DNA of 64,000 nucleotides from a virus. Where the stretch lies: positions 1-64,000 of IMG/VR virus record IMGVR_UViG_3300014502_000004; one strand, given 5' to 3'. This document shows positions 1 through 10,048 of this stretch, piece after piece. The translations under genes were made by a program, and so were the position numbers. Within the stretch, counting starts at the first letter, position 1; the number at the start of each line of letters is the position of its first letter. The notes beneath the pieces were generated by a model. The model had not been told where the DNA came from, searched no databases, and saw only the letters and a list, made by a program, of their open reading frames with translations.

Positions 1-47
1 CATGATACCCTCTGTGGTGGTGTTCTAGTGGATGAGAGGTGCGATCA

Positions 48-746
48 ATGACCAAGGCAGGTGAGTATTCTAGACGTTATAGGGAAGCTCATCCTGAACG
101 AGCTAAGGCAAATGTTCGACGTTACAGGGAAGCCCACCCTGAATGTTCTAAGGAGGCTGCTCGACGTTATTATGCAGCACATCCTGAACGTGCTAGAGAC
201 AGAGAATTGAGATCACTATATGGTATTACACTAGCTGACTACGAGGAACTTCTAGTCAGCCAAGGTGGACATTGTGCTATATGTGGTCGAATCTCCAATG
301 GCAAAATGTCTTTGTCAGTTGATCATGATCATGTGACTGGTCGGATTCGTGGTTTGTTGTGTCGGCAACACAATAGTTTGTTGGGATATATGGATGATGA
401 TGTTGATCAACTTCGTAAGTCTATTGAATATCTTAAACAATCTTCTATTGATGTGAAGAAGATTATTGGAAAACGTGGTCGTGGGCAAAGAGAATCGGAT
501 CTTCGTAAGTATGGCATAACACAAATGTGTTACAATGCGATTCTAGCTAGTCAAGATGGCCATTGTGCTATTTGTGACAGGACTGTTAGTGATGATGGGA
601 GACTTTTAGATGTAGATCATTGTCATAATACTGGAAAGATTCGTGGTTTGCTTTGTTCACATCATAATATAGCATTAGGTTTGGTTAATGACGATGTTGA
701 TGAGTTGGAGTTAGCAATAAAATACTTGGTGGTGACAAATGGATAA
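48..746 (+). CDS. Endonuclease VII-family nuclease with two tandem EndoVII domains (probable homing endonuclease)
   Basis: Two copies of YGIT..Y...L.SQ.G.CAIC...VDH.H.TG.IRGLLC..HN..LG; N-terminal RRYREAHPE-like repeats; ATG 48 follows GAGAGG; AT-richer than neighbours. Confidence 0.85.
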   Translation: MTKAGEYSRRYREAHPERAKANVRRYREAHPECSKEAARRYYAAHPERARDRELRSLYGITLADYEELLVSQGGHCAICGRISNGKMSLSVDHDHVTGRIRGLLCRQHNSLLGYMDDDVDQLRKSIEYLKQSSIDVKKIIGKRGRGQRESDLRKYGITQMCYNAILASQDGHCAICDRTVSDDGRLLDVDHCHNTGKIRGLLCSHHNIALGLVNDDVDELELAIKYLVVTNG

Positions 747-1848
747 ACTACAGCGGGCTTGCACTCTGTTTGATCTTGAGAAGTACGTCAATCAGACGTT
801 CCACAAGATCAGACCATCTGGCGATGAGCTTAGGATCAACTGTTTCCACTGTGGGGACACCAAACAGCATTTGTGGGTGAACATCGTCAAGAGACGATGG
901 ATCTGCTATAAGTGTGGCTATGGTGATCCTAGACAGCAAGAGGGGACAGGATGGCTTCCTAGATTTATTGCCGATGCAGAGGGCATCCCTATTGTGGAGG
1001 TGTGCAAGCGTCTTCTGGAGAGGGTGGAGCTGACGCCTGCAGATGAGCTTGGAGATCTTCTGATTAATGCATTTGCTCCTGACCCCAACAAGATATCAGC
1101 TGGAGCGTTGAAGCTTCCACCGTCGTTCGTCCCTGTGAGGAAGGGGGGTTCAACAGCGGTTGCATACCATTACGGTTTGCGACGTGGTCTAGAGGAGGGG
1201 TCGCTTCAGTTTCGATTTGATGTGCGGTCCTGTAGTGATGTGCGACAGAGGTTGTGGAAGAACAGGCTGATCTTTCCAGTACGAGATCTGGATGGATGGG
1301 TTCGATCAGCTATTGGGAGGGACATCACTGGCAAAGCCAAGGCGACCTGGCAGGTGTGGCCACGGACAGATATTCAGTCACTGTTATGGCCGCTCTACTG
1401 GTTTGAGAAGATCAACGGTGTCAATGGTGGAACTTCTAGTGTCTCACTGAGAGACATGAATCCACAACACATCGTACTGGTAGAGGGCATCTTCGATTGG
1501 GTGGGAGTCGAGGGAGCTGGCTTTCCAGCATTGGCTACGTTTGGGAAGAAGCTCTCACAACAGCAGGTAGCTGTGCTGCAGGAGCTTGGTCTGCAAGAGG
1601 TGACATTGGCTTGGGATTGGGATGCTCAAGACAAGATGGTCAAGCTGGTAGATCGACTGAGGGGTAGATTCAATAAGGTCTATGTCTTTTCATTTCTGAA
1701 TTCTATCTGGAAGGATAGAGATTTTGGAGACATACCAGGTTGCAAAGATCTACAAGACATCTTCGTCGATGAGATGAAACATCGCATTTTGGTTGACTCA
1801 TATCAGTTTCTGGAGTGGGCTGCAAAAGTAGCTCTGGAGGGTAAATGA
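739..1848 (+). CDS. DNA primase (Zn finger + TOPRIM)
   Basis: CFHC...CYKC zinc domain, RLIFP, GR, TOPRIM VLVEGIFD and WDWD motifs. Confidence 0.9.
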   Translation: MDKLQRACTLFDLEKYVNQTFHKIRPSGDELRINCFHCGDTKQHLWVNIVKRRWICYKCGYGDPRQQEGTGWLPRFIADAEGIPIVEVCKRLLERVELTPADELGDLLINAFAPDPNKISAGALKLPPSFVPVRKGGSTAVAYHYGLRRGLEEGSLQFRFDVRSCSDVRQRLWKNRLIFPVRDLDGWVRSAIGRDITGKAKATWQVWPRTDIQSLLWPLYWFEKINGVNGGTSSVSLRDMNPQHIVLVEGIFDWVGVEGAGFPALATFGKKLSQQQVAVLQELGLQEVTLAWDWDAQDKMVKLVDRLRGRFNKVYVFSFLNSIWKDRDFGDIPGCKDLQDIFVDEMKHRILVDSYQFLEWAAKVALEGK

Positions 1849-2576
1849 AGCTCATGAAGAAAGAAGATGAGCCAAAGGTTCTAGATAAGGATGGGTACGA
1901 GATTGAGAAGGGTGGGCTTGTTCTGCATCAGGAGATGGTGTGGAAGGTAGTTAGGATTGATGAGGATACTATTTCGCCAAGAGCAGATACTCTTTGGCTC
2001 TGGAACATCTATGCCGACAAGACCAAGGTTCCTGCATCCGAGGTTCAGTGGTTGTGTGAGGACACCATCACCAAAGATGAGTCCAAGAAGAAGAGAGATG
2101 AGTCCAAGAAGAAGAAAGATCTCCAGGTTGGAGATTTCGTCCGTCGCAAGAATGGTACTGGACGAGTAGCTAGAATCACCGAAGTCAAGAATACCAGCAC
2201 TGGGCTCGTCATCAAAATGGAGTATTTCTACGATGGGGCCTATTGCACGGGTGAGCTGTTTGCATCCGAGGTGGAACCAGCTGAGCAACCTGACGACTGG
2301 GTCAGGATGAAAAATAAGAGAAGCTCAGGGCTCAAGTCTGGTCGCAATGTTGATACAGATGGACAAGAATTCTGGATTGGTGGATGTGGATCAGACAGAA
2401 GCAAGACCTGGGGATGTCGATATTCGGAGAAGCCCAAGAAGCCAGAGAAGAAGGATTCTATCTCCAGGGGTGATCTGATCCGAGAAGAGGTAGATCGACT
2501 GAAGCAGAATCCAACTGAGGAGAAGAAAGAGGCTGTACCAGTCAAGATCAAAACTCGCAAGCCAGGGGAATGGTGA
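1845..2576 (+). CDS. Hypothetical protein with SH3/KOW-like domains
   Basis: LQVGDFVRRK..GRVARITEV; coupled overlap with primase; internal 21-nt tandem duplication (DESKKK). Confidence 0.6.
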   Translation: MKLMKKEDEPKVLDKDGYEIEKGGLVLHQEMVWKVVRIDEDTISPRADTLWLWNIYADKTKVPASEVQWLCEDTITKDESKKKRDESKKKKDLQVGDFVRRKNGTGRVARITEVKNTSTGLVIKMEYFYDGAYCTGELFASEVEPAEQPDDWVRMKNKRSSGLKSGRNVDTDGQEFWIGGCGSDRSKTWGCRYSEKPKKPEKKDSISRGDLIREEVDRLKQNPTEEKKEAVPVKIKTRKPGEW

Positions 2577-2965
2577 TGCCTCCCAAAGATGGCGGCGAGT
2601 GGACTATCGAGGAACTTAAGGAGTGTGCAGTTCTACTGCTCATCGAGTTGATCCAAAATGAAGTGGATCTGTCGAAGGCTGTTCCTCATGCAGCTTTCGC
2701 GGCCAGGGGTAAGATACTAGCAAGTCTACCACTTGAGAAGGTGAAGGAAGAACTGCATCTTTTCGTAAAGGCACTAGAGGAACAGACACCAGAAGAGAAG
2801 AGGAAAGAGGTGCTGCTTAAGTTTGTCGAGCATCTTCAGGAGGCCAAACACTCTTTAGAATTTACCAAAGAGAGAATCGACAGACGAGTTCAGCCTGAAG
2901 GACAAGAGAGATCTGGGCAGCCTTTCCAATCATTCTGCAAGAGGAAGAAGTTGAAGGAGTGGTAA
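2570..2965 (+). CDS. Hypothetical protein
   Basis: ORF tiling with overlaps. Confidence 0.6.
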   Translation: MVMPPKDGGEWTIEELKECAVLLLIELIQNEVDLSKAVPHAAFAARGKILASLPLEKVKEELHLFVKALEEQTPEEKRKEVLLKFVEHLQEAKHSLEFTKERIDRRVQPEGQERSGQPFQSFCKRKKLKEW

Positions 2966-3499
2966 ATGACTAGGGACAACTGGTTTAGTGGTCCCTCTAA
3001 CCGGATCAAGAAAGAGCCAAAGGCGAAGAAGATAACTTTGGTAGTTCTCGACCCAAGGTTGTTCTCGGTTCGGGACAGTAAGGGCAATCCAACACATGAA
3101 TGGTCTCTTGATACTCTTCGTGCGGCTGTTGGAAAGTGGGAACAGGTTGTGGTGCTGGAGCGGAGGAGTTTCAAGAAAGAGATGAGTGAACAGAATCTGC
3201 TTTTCAACTTCGTTGCTGATAAGGATATCCCTAACATCAAGGTGTTGGTGGTGGGGGATTCTGTACTTCAGACGACTGAAGAGCTGAAGAAGTTGGTGAT
3301 GGATGCTGGTGCCAAGATCAAGCATGTGGGAAATCCTAGGGAAATCACATACTTGAACCTTGACAGCCATGTTTCAGATGCAGAGAACATCCTCTGGATT
3401 CGATCTTGGAATCAGACCGAGGATGCTGGCATCGAGCCAGAAAAGCCCAAGAGCTTCAGTGATTTGAAAGATGCTAGAAAAGTGCGTTCCTACTGGTGA
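2966..3499 (+). CDS. Hypothetical protein
   Basis: GGAG RBS, abuts previous ORF. Confidence 0.65.
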   Translation: MTRDNWFSGPSNRIKKEPKAKKITLVVLDPRLFSVRDSKGNPTHEWSLDTLRAAVGKWEQVVVLERRSFKKEMSEQNLLFNFVADKDIPNIKVLVVGDSVLQTTEELKKLVMDAGAKIKHVGNPREITYLNLDSHVSDAENILWIRSWNQTEDAGIEPEKPKSFSDLKDARKVRSYW

Positions 3500-3505
3500 A
3501 CTTTC

Positions 3506-3542
3506 TTGACTTGGATTTGGCTCCCGTGTTACACCTGTTACA
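3506..3542 (+). promoter_or_regulatory. Sigma70-like promoter with overlapping TGTTACA-cc-TGTTACA direct repeat
   Basis: TTGACT-N18-TACACC with extended TG; same 16-mer at 32765-32780. Confidence 0.6.
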
Positions 3543-3620
3543 CACTTGATCCTAAACCAACCAACAGAAATCTAAGCAATCCCACGAAATGGCTAAAAGC
3601 CAGAAAGATCAATTGTTCAA

Positions 3621-4898
3621 ATGACGAACAGAACGGCAGCTCAGATCGCGAAGGAAAACGCCCAGGTGGAAGAGACTCTGGAAGAGCAGGTTCATCTGCC
3701 GGTCGCCAAGGGTGGGGGCAAAGTGCAGTGCCAGATTCCAGGGTGCAAGTACGAAGGTCACATCCTGGTCAAGCATCTTCGGGATGAGCACGGGCTCGAC
3801 GTGGAGAGCTACCTCAAGATTCACGCAGGGGCTCCGGTCTTCTCCGAGAAGGGCAAGGCTGAGTACGAGAAGAGGTTTGCCCAGGTCGGTGGTGCTCAGA
3901 GGGTGAAGACTCCTCACCGCAAGAAGCAGATGTTCTCCATCCGTGACACCTTCAAGGTCGACCTTGGGGTGGAGACTGATGATTCTGGAAATCCGGTCAT
4001 TGACCCGAGTACGGGCAAGCCGAAGCTGAAGGACAGGCTGGTGCAGGGCTTCGCAGAGCCCACGGAGTTCACTCCGACCATCAAGCCGGAGTATGTGTTC
4101 CCGGTGGAGGAAACGACGGTCATCCTGATGGGGTTCGCCTGCAAAGACCGCATTCTGATGTGGGGTGATACGGGGACTGGCAAGACTTCACTGATCGAGC
4201 AGATTGCGGCTCGGCTCAACTACAGCTGTGTCAAGATCAACTTTGACGGTAGCATCACGCGCAATGACCTCATCGGTGAGTGGGTGGTCAAGGGCAGGGA
4301 GATGCAGTTCCAGTACGGCATTCTCCCGCTCGCGTTCCGCATGCCGGGGTGTGTGATTCTGCTGGATGAGTGGGACACCATCGGTGAGGAGACGAGCTTC
4401 GTTATCCAGCGTCCTCTTCAGAAGGACGATGGTAAGCTGCTGATCATGGAGACTGGTGGGGAGCTGGTTCCGCTTCACGATGACAACCTCATTGTGGCAA
4501 CCGCCAACACGTTCGGTCAGGGTGATGAATCTGGCCTGTACTCGCAGGGTACACGCATTCAGAACTACAGCCAGATCAATCGATTTGGTCTGACTATCAA
4601 GTTGAAGTACATGGATGCTGACAAAGAGAAGCAGATGATCAGCAATCTGTTTCCCGACCTGGAGAAGACGGAGGCAGACGCTTTCGTGGTTGCCATCAAC
4701 AAGGTTCGTGATGGTCACAGCAATGGGCAGATCAGTGTACCTCTTAGCCCCAGAGATCTGATCAACTGGGTCGACAAGTATCTCAAGATGGGTGACCCCA
4801 TGAGGGCGGCGACTTACTGTTTCCTCAACCGTATGTCGAGTGAGGATGCTCAGGTTACGCAGGGCATCATTCAGCGGGCATTCGAGGATCAGCAGTAA
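3621..4898 (+). CDS. cobS: CobS/MoxR-like AAA+ ATPase with N-terminal C2H2-like Zn finger
   Basis: Walker A GDTGTGKT, Walker B ILLDEWD, ATANT, RF, SPRDL; vWA partner downstream. Confidence 0.88.
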   Translation: MTNRTAAQIAKENAQVEETLEEQVHLPVAKGGGKVQCQIPGCKYEGHILVKHLRDEHGLDVESYLKIHAGAPVFSEKGKAEYEKRFAQVGGAQRVKTPHRKKQMFSIRDTFKVDLGVETDDSGNPVIDPSTGKPKLKDRLVQGFAEPTEFTPTIKPEYVFPVEETTVILMGFACKDRILMWGDTGTGKTSLIEQIAARLNYSCVKINFDGSITRNDLIGEWVVKGREMQFQYGILPLAFRMPGCVILLDEWDTIGEETSFVIQRPLQKDDGKLLIMETGGELVPLHDDNLIVATANTFGQGDESGLYSQGTRIQNYSQINRFGLTIKLKYMDADKEKQMISNLFPDLEKTEADAFVVAINKVRDGHSNGQISVPLSPRDLINWVDKYLKMGDPMRAATYCFLNRMSSEDAQVTQGIIQRAFEDQQ

Positions 4899-4900
4899 AC

Positions 4901-5266
4901 ATGTCTGAAAAGTGGTCTCCCGAGGAAGCGGAGTTTCTTCGTCCTGGTGAAACGATGGAGCTTATGGACAAGCTCTATACCAAGGCCGTGAGTCTTCACA
5001 ATAACTACCTCACAAAATTGGTCTTGAAGAAACACCATCTTGGTGATCCTTTGGAATGGGCAATGGGTTGTTTGGTTGCTTCTATGCATTTGATGGACAT
5101 GGCTATGAAGGGTCACCATGAGACATGGTTCAAATTTGCTATGCAGGTAGCAGCTCGGTTGTGGGGTCCAGAGGAGGCGGTTGCTGCGGTCTTGTCATTC
5201 AATGAGGATCGAGAGTCAGCTATGAAAGAATGGTTTGGTGAGTCGGAACAAGGGAAGGACGCCTAA
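4901..5266 (+). CDS. Hypothetical protein
   Basis: ORF tiling. Confidence 0.55.
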   Translation: MSEKWSPEEAEFLRPGETMELMDKLYTKAVSLHNNYLTKLVLKKHHLGDPLEWAMGCLVASMHLMDMAMKGHHETWFKFAMQVAARLWGPEEAVAAVLSFNEDRESAMKEWFGESEQGKDA

Positions 5267-5359
5267 CATGGCAAAGCAACCAATGAAGCGGACACCAGCT
5301 GTCGTCGCTGATCCTGTTCAGGAACCCAAGCCGGAACCGAATAAGGAAAGGGTGAGACC

Positions 5360-5551
5360 ATGAAGATCAAGATCGAGATTGACACCGATAACTCCGCATT
5401 TGAGGGCGGGAATCTCGTGCCGGAGGTTGGGCGGATTCTGCTGGGCGCGGCCAGCTGGATCGGGCGCCCTGCGCGTGGACGCGGCGTCGCGCGCCGAGGA
5501 CTCACGGACATCAACGGAAACACGGTCGGAATGGTGGAGGTGCTCCCGTGA
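5360..5551 (+). CDS. Small phage protein (locally high GC)
   Basis: RBS; IDTDNSAF...EVGRIL...DINGNTVG pattern of a common small phage family. Confidence 0.6.
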   Translation: MKIKIEIDTDNSAFEGGNLVPEVGRILLGAASWIGRPARGRGVARRGLTDINGNTVGMVEVLP

Positions 5552-5745
5552 GGCGATCACAGAAACAGCGCGATGCGAACATCTCCGAGTTGACTGATGA
5601 TCTTCTGTGCCAAAGATGTAGTGATCCACATGTTGTAAGTGGTGATGGTATTCCTGAAAAGATTTGGCACGCTTTGCTCAGCCTTGGTCTGAATAAGTAC
5701 CAGGCATATAGAGCTTGGCAGATCATTGAGGGAGCGAAGTTGTGA
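5548..5745 (+). CDS. Hypothetical protein
   Basis: GGAGG RBS, GTGA overlap. Confidence 0.5.
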   Translation: MRRSQKQRDANISELTDDLLCQRCSDPHVVSGDGIPEKIWHALLSLGLNKYQAYRAWQIIEGAKL

Positions 5746-5894
5746 AGAAGGTTAACCATGCTGAGTTCGTGCGTGTGATTAAATCACTTGTGAAAGATCT
5801 TCAGTCTTTTGGGACCGAACTGACAACTTTCGAGCAGCAGGCATTGAAGAAAATGCTTATGCTACTCGGACGTGATCCTGGTGTATCTAAATAG
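5742..5894 (+). CDS. Small hypothetical protein (50 aa, not in ORF track)
   Basis: MKKVNHAEFVRVIKSL...; GGGAG RBS; fills gap. Confidence 0.45.
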   Translation: MKKVNHAEFVRVIKSLVKDLQSFGTELTTFEQQALKKMLMLLGRDPGVSK

Positions 5895-5902
5895 GTGATT
5901 TG

Positions 5903-7810
5903 ATGAGCCAGAATATCCTGACCATGACTCAGTATTTGAGCAGATCAAAGGTTCGAGTATTTGAGTCAGCAATGGAGAAGCTCGGACGAATCTTGTCCGA
6001 CAAGTACAAGATCAAGGTCATCTTCCGTCATGACACATGCATGACGGATGGGAAGACGATCTACCTTCCTGTGATCCCTGATAACGCCAGCGACGAGTTC
6101 CTGGCTGCAGTACAGGGCTTCCTAGATCATGAGGTGGCTCATATCATCTTCAGTGATATGAAGGCGATGAAGTCTTTGCAGCGCAAGGACAAGAAGAAGT
6201 GGAATATCTATCAGGGGCTGGAAGATACCCGCATTGAGTTTGCCATGCGGGCTCTGTGGCGAGGAGCTGGGGTCAATCTCAATCGTTGTAATGAGTGGTC
6301 TCTCAAGCAGCTCAAGGAGCATTGGGGGGAGCTGTCTGAGTTTGGCAAGTTCTGCCAGGGGATGACTGTCGTTGGTTGTAATGGTGATGATCACTGGTTC
6401 GCCAAAGAGATTCTAGAACCAGACGCCGCCTTGTGGACTAAGCTGCAGACGGTGAAACAGTTGGTGATGGAGTGCCGTGAGCTTCCAGATTCTGCTTCGA
6501 CCATCAAGCAGGCCGGCTTGGTGATGGATGCTATCGGAGAGAAGGAAGAGGAGCTGCCCCCAGAGGAAGAGGAAGGCGAAGAGGGACAGCCTTCTTCTGG
6601 TGGTGAGGAGGAAGAGGACGAGGAGTTAGGGGAGGGGTCTGAGGGTGAGGAGGAAGAGGACGAGGAGTTAGGGGAGGGGTCTGAGGGTGAGGAGGAAGGT
6701 GAAGGCAGCGAAGAAGAGACTGAGGGAGGTGGTGGAAAGGGTGAGGAGGAGAAAGAGGAAGAGGAGAAGAAGGGTGAGGAGGGGTCTGGGAAGAAGGGTG
6801 TCCTGGATGTTTCTGACGAAGAGATGAAGAAGGACGAGCAGATTGCCAATCGTCACAACATGATCAAGAAGGCGTGCGAGGCAGAGATGCCAAAGGACGA
6901 CCGTTACTTGATCTTCACGACGGAAGGTGATCATATTGAGTACATTGCTGATGGTGACAAGGTAGAGCTGTATGACTTTCTTCGCAGTGCGCGAGGCATG
7001 GTGAATGTGCTGCTGAAGAAGATGCGACTCAACTTGCTGTCTATTGCTGCGTCGAAGTGGGTGTCTGACAAGCGACGTGGGAGCATCAACCCCAAGGCGA
7101 TCTTTCGTGTTTCCATTGGGACCAGCAAGAGAGTCTTTCGCCAGAAGGTGAAGGCTCCCAGTTTCAATACTGCTGCAAGCCTGTGGATCGATCACTCAGG
7201 ATCAATGTCTGGCGGCAAGATGGATATCGCTTGCAAGAGCGCCATTCTGTTTGGTGAGGTGTTGGACGAGCTGGGGATTCCCTTTGAGGTCGTGGGCTAC
7301 AGCACCGTCGATTTCGAAACAGGGAATCGTCGCTATACCAAGGCAACTGCTGAGGAGCGCAAGGTCTACAAGCGGTGGGACGATCTGTGGGTGGGGATGT
7401 ACAAGTCCTTCGATGAGGACTGGAGGATGGTGCGCCACCGTTGTGCAAACATGGGTCGCAATCAGAAGTACAACACACTTGATGGTGAGTGTGTGCGACT
7501 TGCTACAGCAAGACTTCTTCGTCGAACTGAGGATCGAAAGATTCTATTCATGTTCAACGATGGAGAGCCGTGTCCCAATGTGCAGCAATTCATTGGGGAT
7601 CATCAACGGTACCTCAAAGCCATCACCGAGCAGTGTGAGAAGCTGGTGGAGCTTTTTGCTGTGGGTATCTGCAGTGAATCGGTGAAGAGGTATTACAGCA
7701 ATCAGGCAGTGGTTTGGAACGTAGCAGATCTGCCAAAGATCATGGTTACGCAGCTTGATGCACTGCTGAGGAAGGGAAAGAAGCTCACCAAAGTTCGGAA
7801 GGCAGGTTGA
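5903..7810 (+). CDS. cobT: CobT-like vWA protein with N-terminal HExxH domain and acidic linker
   Basis: DHEVAH, EDTRIE, MIDAS IDHSGSM, MFNDGEP. Confidence 0.88.
   Translation: MSQNILTMTQYLSRSKVRVFESAMEKLGRILSDKYKIKVIFRHDTCMTDGKTIYLPVIPDNASDEFLAAVQGFLDHEVAHIIFSDMKAMKSLQRKDKKKWNIYQGLEDTRIEFAMRALWRGAGVNLNRCNEWSLKQLKEHWGELSEFGKFCQGMTVVGCNGDDHWFAKEILEPDAALWTKLQTVKQLVMECRELPDSASTIKQAGLVMDAIGEKEEELPPEEEEGEEGQPSSGGEEEEDEELGEGSEGEEEEDEELGEGSEGEEEGEGSEEETEGGGGKGEEEKEEEEKKGEEGSGKKGVLDVSDEEMKKDEQIANRHNMIKKACEAEMPKDDRYLIFTTEGDHIEYIADGDKVELYDFLRSARGMVNVLLKKMRLNLLSIAASKWVSDKRRGSINPKAIFRVSIGTSKRVFRQKVKAPSFNTAASLWIDHSGSMSGGKMDIACKSAILFGEVLDELGIPFEVVGYSTVDFETGNRRYTKATAEERKVYKRWDDLWVGMYKSFDEDWRMVRHRCANMGRNQKYNTLDGECVRLATARLLRRTEDRKILFMFNDGEPCPNVQQFIGDHQRYLKAITEQCEKLVELFAVGICSESVKRYYSNQAVVWNVADLPKIMVTQLDALLRKGKKLTKVRKAG
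6602..6698 (+). repeat. 42-bp tandem repeat x2.3 in CobT linker
   Basis: GGTGAGGAGGAAGAGGACGAGGAGTTAGGGGAGGGGTCTGAG repeated (GEEEEDEELGEGSE). Confidence 0.9.
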
Positions 7811-8334
7811 TGATGATACTCTCGTGTGAACGCATGGTTTACGGCTTTGCCAGAAAGCTGGCACGGGAGTGTCCAGAACTCGATTTCAATGACATCAAGG
7901 GTGATCTGTGGATAGTTGCACTGGACTCACTCAAGAGGTGGAACGGTAAAGACAAGAGCAAGTTCTCCACATTCCTCTTCAATCGACTGGTCTGGAAGCG
8001 ATTGAACATTCTAAAGACAGTGATCAATCACGGAAGGCTTGATCGTTGGTTTGAGGGATTGCTAGATTTTGAGGTTCCTCCCATTGAGAGAAGCTTTGAT
8101 ACCCTTTGTCGCCAGGTAGCCAGCAAACTAGGGGAAGATGAGCGTAGACTGTTTAGTCTCATGGTTGATCCTTCCCCTGGTTTGCTGGAAGCGGCGTCCA
8201 AAAGTAAGACACGCTTCTCCCAGGACAAGATTTGCTACCACCACTACCGGCTGTTGTTGGGTTGGAAGAGAGGAAAGGTGTGGTACGCAATAAAGAAGAT
8301 CAAGCTGGCCGTTGCAGAGGTAGTCAATGGCTAA
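7807..8334 (+). CDS. Phage sigma-70-like factor
   Basis: Region-2-like DFNDIKGDLWIVALDSLKRWNGKDKSKFSTFLF; region-4-like LGEDERRLF...LGWKRGKVWYAIKKIK. Confidence 0.7.
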   Translation: MMMILSCERMVYGFARKLARECPELDFNDIKGDLWIVALDSLKRWNGKDKSKFSTFLFNRLVWKRLNILKTVINHGRLDRWFEGLLDFEVPPIERSFDTLCRQVASKLGEDERRLFSLMVDPSPGLLEAASKSKTRFSQDKICYHHYRLLLGWKRGKVWYAIKKIKLAVAEVVNG

Positions 8335-9349
8335 CGAGAAAGGTGAATCTGTGGCGAATGGTGCGGTCGCAAAGCGAGATGAGTTCGATCCAGCCCCGAT
8401 TCTGATCACTCCGCAGATGGGTGGGAAGAAGACCAAGCAGGTAGAGCTGGACGATGAGGATGATGACTTCTACCTTCGTGAAGAAGTCGAAAAGTCATCG
8501 GATGCTGATGTCTTTGCACCTGTGATCAAGAAGATCTCAACAAGCCAGAGCCCTGCAGTGAAAGCGGCTATTGAGGGCACGCCGTGCTTCGCCAAGGTCT
8601 GGTACTCGCAGGAGGATGAGGACTACTGCCCGGAGATGGAGTGTGGGCTTCGTAAGCTCTGTGAGGCTGCATACCATCAAGCTCTGGGGTCGGTTGATGC
8701 AGATATGGAGGTTGCCGAAGAGCTTGAGGGGGTGAAGACTTCTGAGATTGGCAAGCTCATGCATCTCATTGAAGGCAAGGATGATGTGCAGGAAGATGAT
8801 CTTGTCAAAGTGCAGCAGAGTCGAAAGCTGCAGGGCAAGAAGTCGAAGCGGGCAGCTCAAGTCAAGAATCTCAGTGAATCAGAACGAGTAAAACGCAGTC
8901 GTGTTCACTATATTGATCAAGGAAGACACATCGACGCATTGGCTGCAATTCTAGAAACTAATTTGCAGCCTGTTGAGCTTCCTGAGGGGATGTACTTCAC
9001 GGTCAAGACTTTGGAGTTAAGGCAGATCGCAGCAAAGAAGTTTGTTAGTAAGCATGGGACTGGGATGTGTTATTCCAGAAGCCCCTCTTATCACATCTAC
9101 TTCTACAATGGCATGCACGTTCTCCGATTATGGATGAATGCTGCTGGTGTTGGATTGATGGACCTGAATCCAATTCTGGCTGAGGAGATCGAGAAAGAGG
9201 GATTGCTGAGGGTTACCGTAACGCCGATCAAGAGTCCGCGTTGCAACTACAACTTCTTTCCAAAGAGAACCAAGATCAAGACCAGGTATCAGATGGAGGT
9301 TGTAATCGCAGCAATCAAGGCAACCCTTTCCAAAATGGTAGTTCAATGA
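8327..9349 (+). CDS. Hypothetical protein with four-Cys motif
   Basis: GAGG RBS; PCF-x12-C-x4-C-x5-C. Confidence 0.7.
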   Translation: MANEKGESVANGAVAKRDEFDPAPILITPQMGGKKTKQVELDDEDDDFYLREEVEKSSDADVFAPVIKKISTSQSPAVKAAIEGTPCFAKVWYSQEDEDYCPEMECGLRKLCEAAYHQALGSVDADMEVAEELEGVKTSEIGKLMHLIEGKDDVQEDDLVKVQQSRKLQGKKSKRAAQVKNLSESERVKRSRVHYIDQGRHIDALAAILETNLQPVELPEGMYFTVKTLELRQIAAKKFVSKHGTGMCYSRSPSYHIYFYNGMHVLRLWMNAAGVGLMDLNPILAEEIEKEGLLRVTVTPIKSPRCNYNFFPKRTKIKTRYQMEVVIAAIKATLSKMVVQ

Positions 9350-9537
9350 ACTACAGGGTGGAGATAACTGGAGAGGAGTTGAACATTCTAAATCAAGCTC
9401 TTGATCAATACATCATGGATCAAGAGACTAAGGAAGGACCACAATCTGAGATCGACAAGATTGAAGGTTTACAGAAGAAACTAAACAGAGAGAGAAACAT
9501 TATTCAAGATCTCATGGAAGCTTCTAGGAGAGGATAA
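9346..9537 (+). CDS. Hypothetical protein
   Basis: ATGA overlap start. Confidence 0.55.
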   Translation: MNYRVEITGEELNILNQALDQYIMDQETKEGPQSEIDKIEGLQKKLNRERNIIQDLMEASRRG

Positions 9538-9869
9538 TGAGAGCGTCTGATCTTTTGTGGAACAAAGATGAGCAGTGGCTTCTGGCATTCGTTAAAAACA
9601 ACCCCGATGATGTACTGAGGTTGTTTCTCGTCTACAACGATAGAAAGTTTGGGTTGGATTCAGCTCGCGAGATCTATGATCGAGTGGTTGGTCTAGATTT
9701 CTTCGCTGTGGAAGAGAGTGGCATTGTCTCTAACGAAGAGATCAGAACAGGTGAGCAGCAAGGTATTCATCATGTTGCACCAGTGGTCCCAGAGACGGGG
9801 GAGTACCATTGGTGGGTAGAGATCAGTCTAGATAAAGATCTAGTCGAAGTGATGAAGGTGGTGAAATGA
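9537..9869 (+). CDS. Hypothetical protein
   Basis: TAATG coupling, RBS. Confidence 0.6.
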   Translation: MRASDLLWNKDEQWLLAFVKNNPDDVLRLFLVYNDRKFGLDSAREIYDRVVGLDFFAVEESGIVSNEEIRTGEQQGIHHVAPVVPETGEYHWWVEISLDKDLVEVMKVVK

Positions 9870-10048
9870 TGTACGGACATAGTTTGGAGAATGAGAAGGA
9901 ACAAGTGATGGCTACCTGTCCGATGTGTTTTGAAGAGGGATTCCTTCTCGGAGTGCTTGGCTGGTTGAGGTGGTTCAGGTGCCGCCAATGCGGGATGGAC
10001 TTCTCAAAGACAATCAAGAAGAAACTGCCAGTGCCAAAGGGGCTGTGA
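9866..10048 (+). CDS. Small Zn-ribbon protein
   Basis: CPMC...FRCRQCG. Confidence 0.6.
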   Translation: MMYGHSLENEKEQVMATCPMCFEEGFLLGVLGWLRWFRCRQCGMDFSKTIKKKLPVPKGL

